Source: Blasia pusilla
Taxonomy: Eukaryota
DNA length: 64,000 bases
Assembly (NCBI GenBank): GCA_050084515.1
Contig: CM114271.1
Location: 29,202,001-29,266,000, forward strand
Direction: 5' to 3'
This document shows positions 62,789-64,000 of this stretch, one piece after another. The first letter of the stretch is position 1, and each line of letters opens with the position of its first letter. Made by a program: the position numbers and the translations under genes. Under the pieces are notes generated by a model, which saw only the letters and a program-made list of their open reading frames with translations, searched no databases and was not told where the DNA came from.

Positions 62789-64000
62789 CATGAGGTGTTG
62801 CGGAGGGCATATGCGAGAGTGGAGCGTCCCTCCAATTTGTTGGTGGATTCTATATTGGATCCGGGCCGTCGATCACAAGCAGTGAGGCTAGATGATCGAC
62901 CGCCGTTGACTGTGGTCAACAGGATTGGCATGCCACGGGCAACCTTTCCCACATTGGTGAGTTTTCCCGCTTCCTATGCATTGAAGGAGGCCAGACCTAA
63001 CTTATGGTTTGGGATGACCAGTTACAGAGGTTGGTGGAGCCCAATGCCGATGAGGGAGAGCGAGCGATGGGATTCCCCACAAGAGTGACGACATCACAGC
63101 ACTTGCGTTGGTGATCCCCATGCCTACCGAGATAGTTGAGGCACTGGCTGGGGGCAAGATCCAAGGAGATCGACACAGCAAGGGTGATCAAGAGGTACAT
63201 CCTTGGACTTCTTTGGATGTTCTACAGGTATGCCAGGAGATGATAGCCACAACACTGAGCGTGGTTCTGAGTACTGCACATGGAGGTCCGATTTTGCAGT
63301 TGGCTGTAGGGGAGCACTTGAGTTTTGTTGTTAGAGATGGGGTTGCACCATACCACCAACACCCGCGTCGGAGAGTCCTACCGTAGTCATGATGGAGACT
63401 TGGGAGCCAAATATAGGCCCTAAGTTGATTGGAGGAGAGCGGCGCCGGATACACCAGTTCCTTACGAGTTATAGGAGGTATTTTGCATTTAGTATGGATG
63501 ATTTGGGTACGCTGAAGGGTCCAAGGATCCGCATTGAGTTGTCGAGTGACACGTCGATCTTCCGACAACCCTACAGGTACAGTGATATGGAGAGGATCTC
63601 GCCAAGAAGGATGTGCATGGCAACTGGATGTATAGGCGGATCTGTGGAGATTACCGACCTATCAATTGGCAGACAAAGTTCAATTGGTATGCCATACCCA
63701 CTCCTGAGGAGATCTTTGATGCGATTGGGCATGCAAAGGTCTTCAGTTCATTGGATTTGCAAGTCGGATACCATCAGCTGCCTATCAGATTGGGGAACAA
63801 GCAGACTCCACAGTTGCATCCACTTCCAATCATGGGTTTAGGTTATAGATGGAGTTTGGATTTTGCAGGACCTTTGCCTTTGACGTAGCGTCATAGTCGC
63901 TATGAGTTGGTGATGATCGAGCACTTTCTCAAAGTGGATAGAGTTGGTTGCATTGCTTGACAAGGCTAGTGAGGGAGTAGCGTATGCCTTCCTAGATCGG

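Larger units (their letters stand above)
60950..63090 (+). pseudogene. C5 DNA cytosine methyltransferase domain in retrotransposon pol, interrupted by insertion 61504-62788
   Basis: Motif I LDLFGGINTG (60958), II YVEID, III RDI, IV DLVIAGWPCQG (PC 61225-61230), VI YILENV (61357), VIII AHRPRLWWTNL (61471-61503). After the insert: HEVLRRAY... and motif IX-like EPNADEGERAMGFPT (~63037-63081). Three in-frame TAG stops. Confidence 0.9.
59150..64000 (+). mobile_element. Ty3/gypsy LTR retrotransposon with internal C5 cytosine methyltransferase domain, degenerate, runs off window
   Basis: Order: gag knuckle YKCDYCQRYGHTRAKC (~59230); protease-like VLLHLGAQPLMLGK (~60222-60263) and YDVLVG; DNMT motifs; RT (IFRQPYRYS, RRICGDYRPIN, FSSLDLQVGYHQL); integrase (RWSLDFAGPLP, VMIEHFSKWIELVAL). 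The 5' LTR is not delimited. Confidence 0.9.

Noticed and set aside
62534-63088. 184-aa ORF as a real protein
   Set aside because: A chance chimera of rRNA-derived sequence and the resumed DNMT frame.
60950-63090. Host DNMT3/DRM gene or bacterial restriction-modification methylase
   Set aside because: No introns, it shares a frame with the post-protease retroelement ORF, it is flanked by gag/PR and RT/IN, and no endonuclease partner is evident.

Overview
Repeat-rich eukaryotic nuclear DNA, most likely from a non-seed land plant such as a bryophyte or lycophyte. This is inferred from the class III formin, TTTAGGG repeats, plant-type tRNAs and plant mitochondrial fragments. The one well-supported host protein gene is a spliced class III formin (RhoGAP-like + FH1 + FH2, 13112-21967), which has an apparent +1 frameshift in a C-run of FH1. 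There is also a tRNA-Glu/tRNA-Phe pair 6 nt apart and a 336-codon orphan ORF. Most of the rest is mobile DNA: a CRE-type (RLE) non-LTR retrotransposon, a decayed LINE, gypsy remnants, and a nested block in which an old hAT contains a Helitron dimer, a full-length Ty1/copia with TSD and a younger hAT with an 8-bp TSD. The most notable element is at the right end: a Ty3/gypsy retrotransposon carrying a C5 cytosine DNA methyltransferase domain between protease and RT. That domain is split by a ~1.3-kb insert containing mitochondrial fragments (rpl5, cox3, rrn18). All calls come from manual reading of the sequence; no database searches were run.
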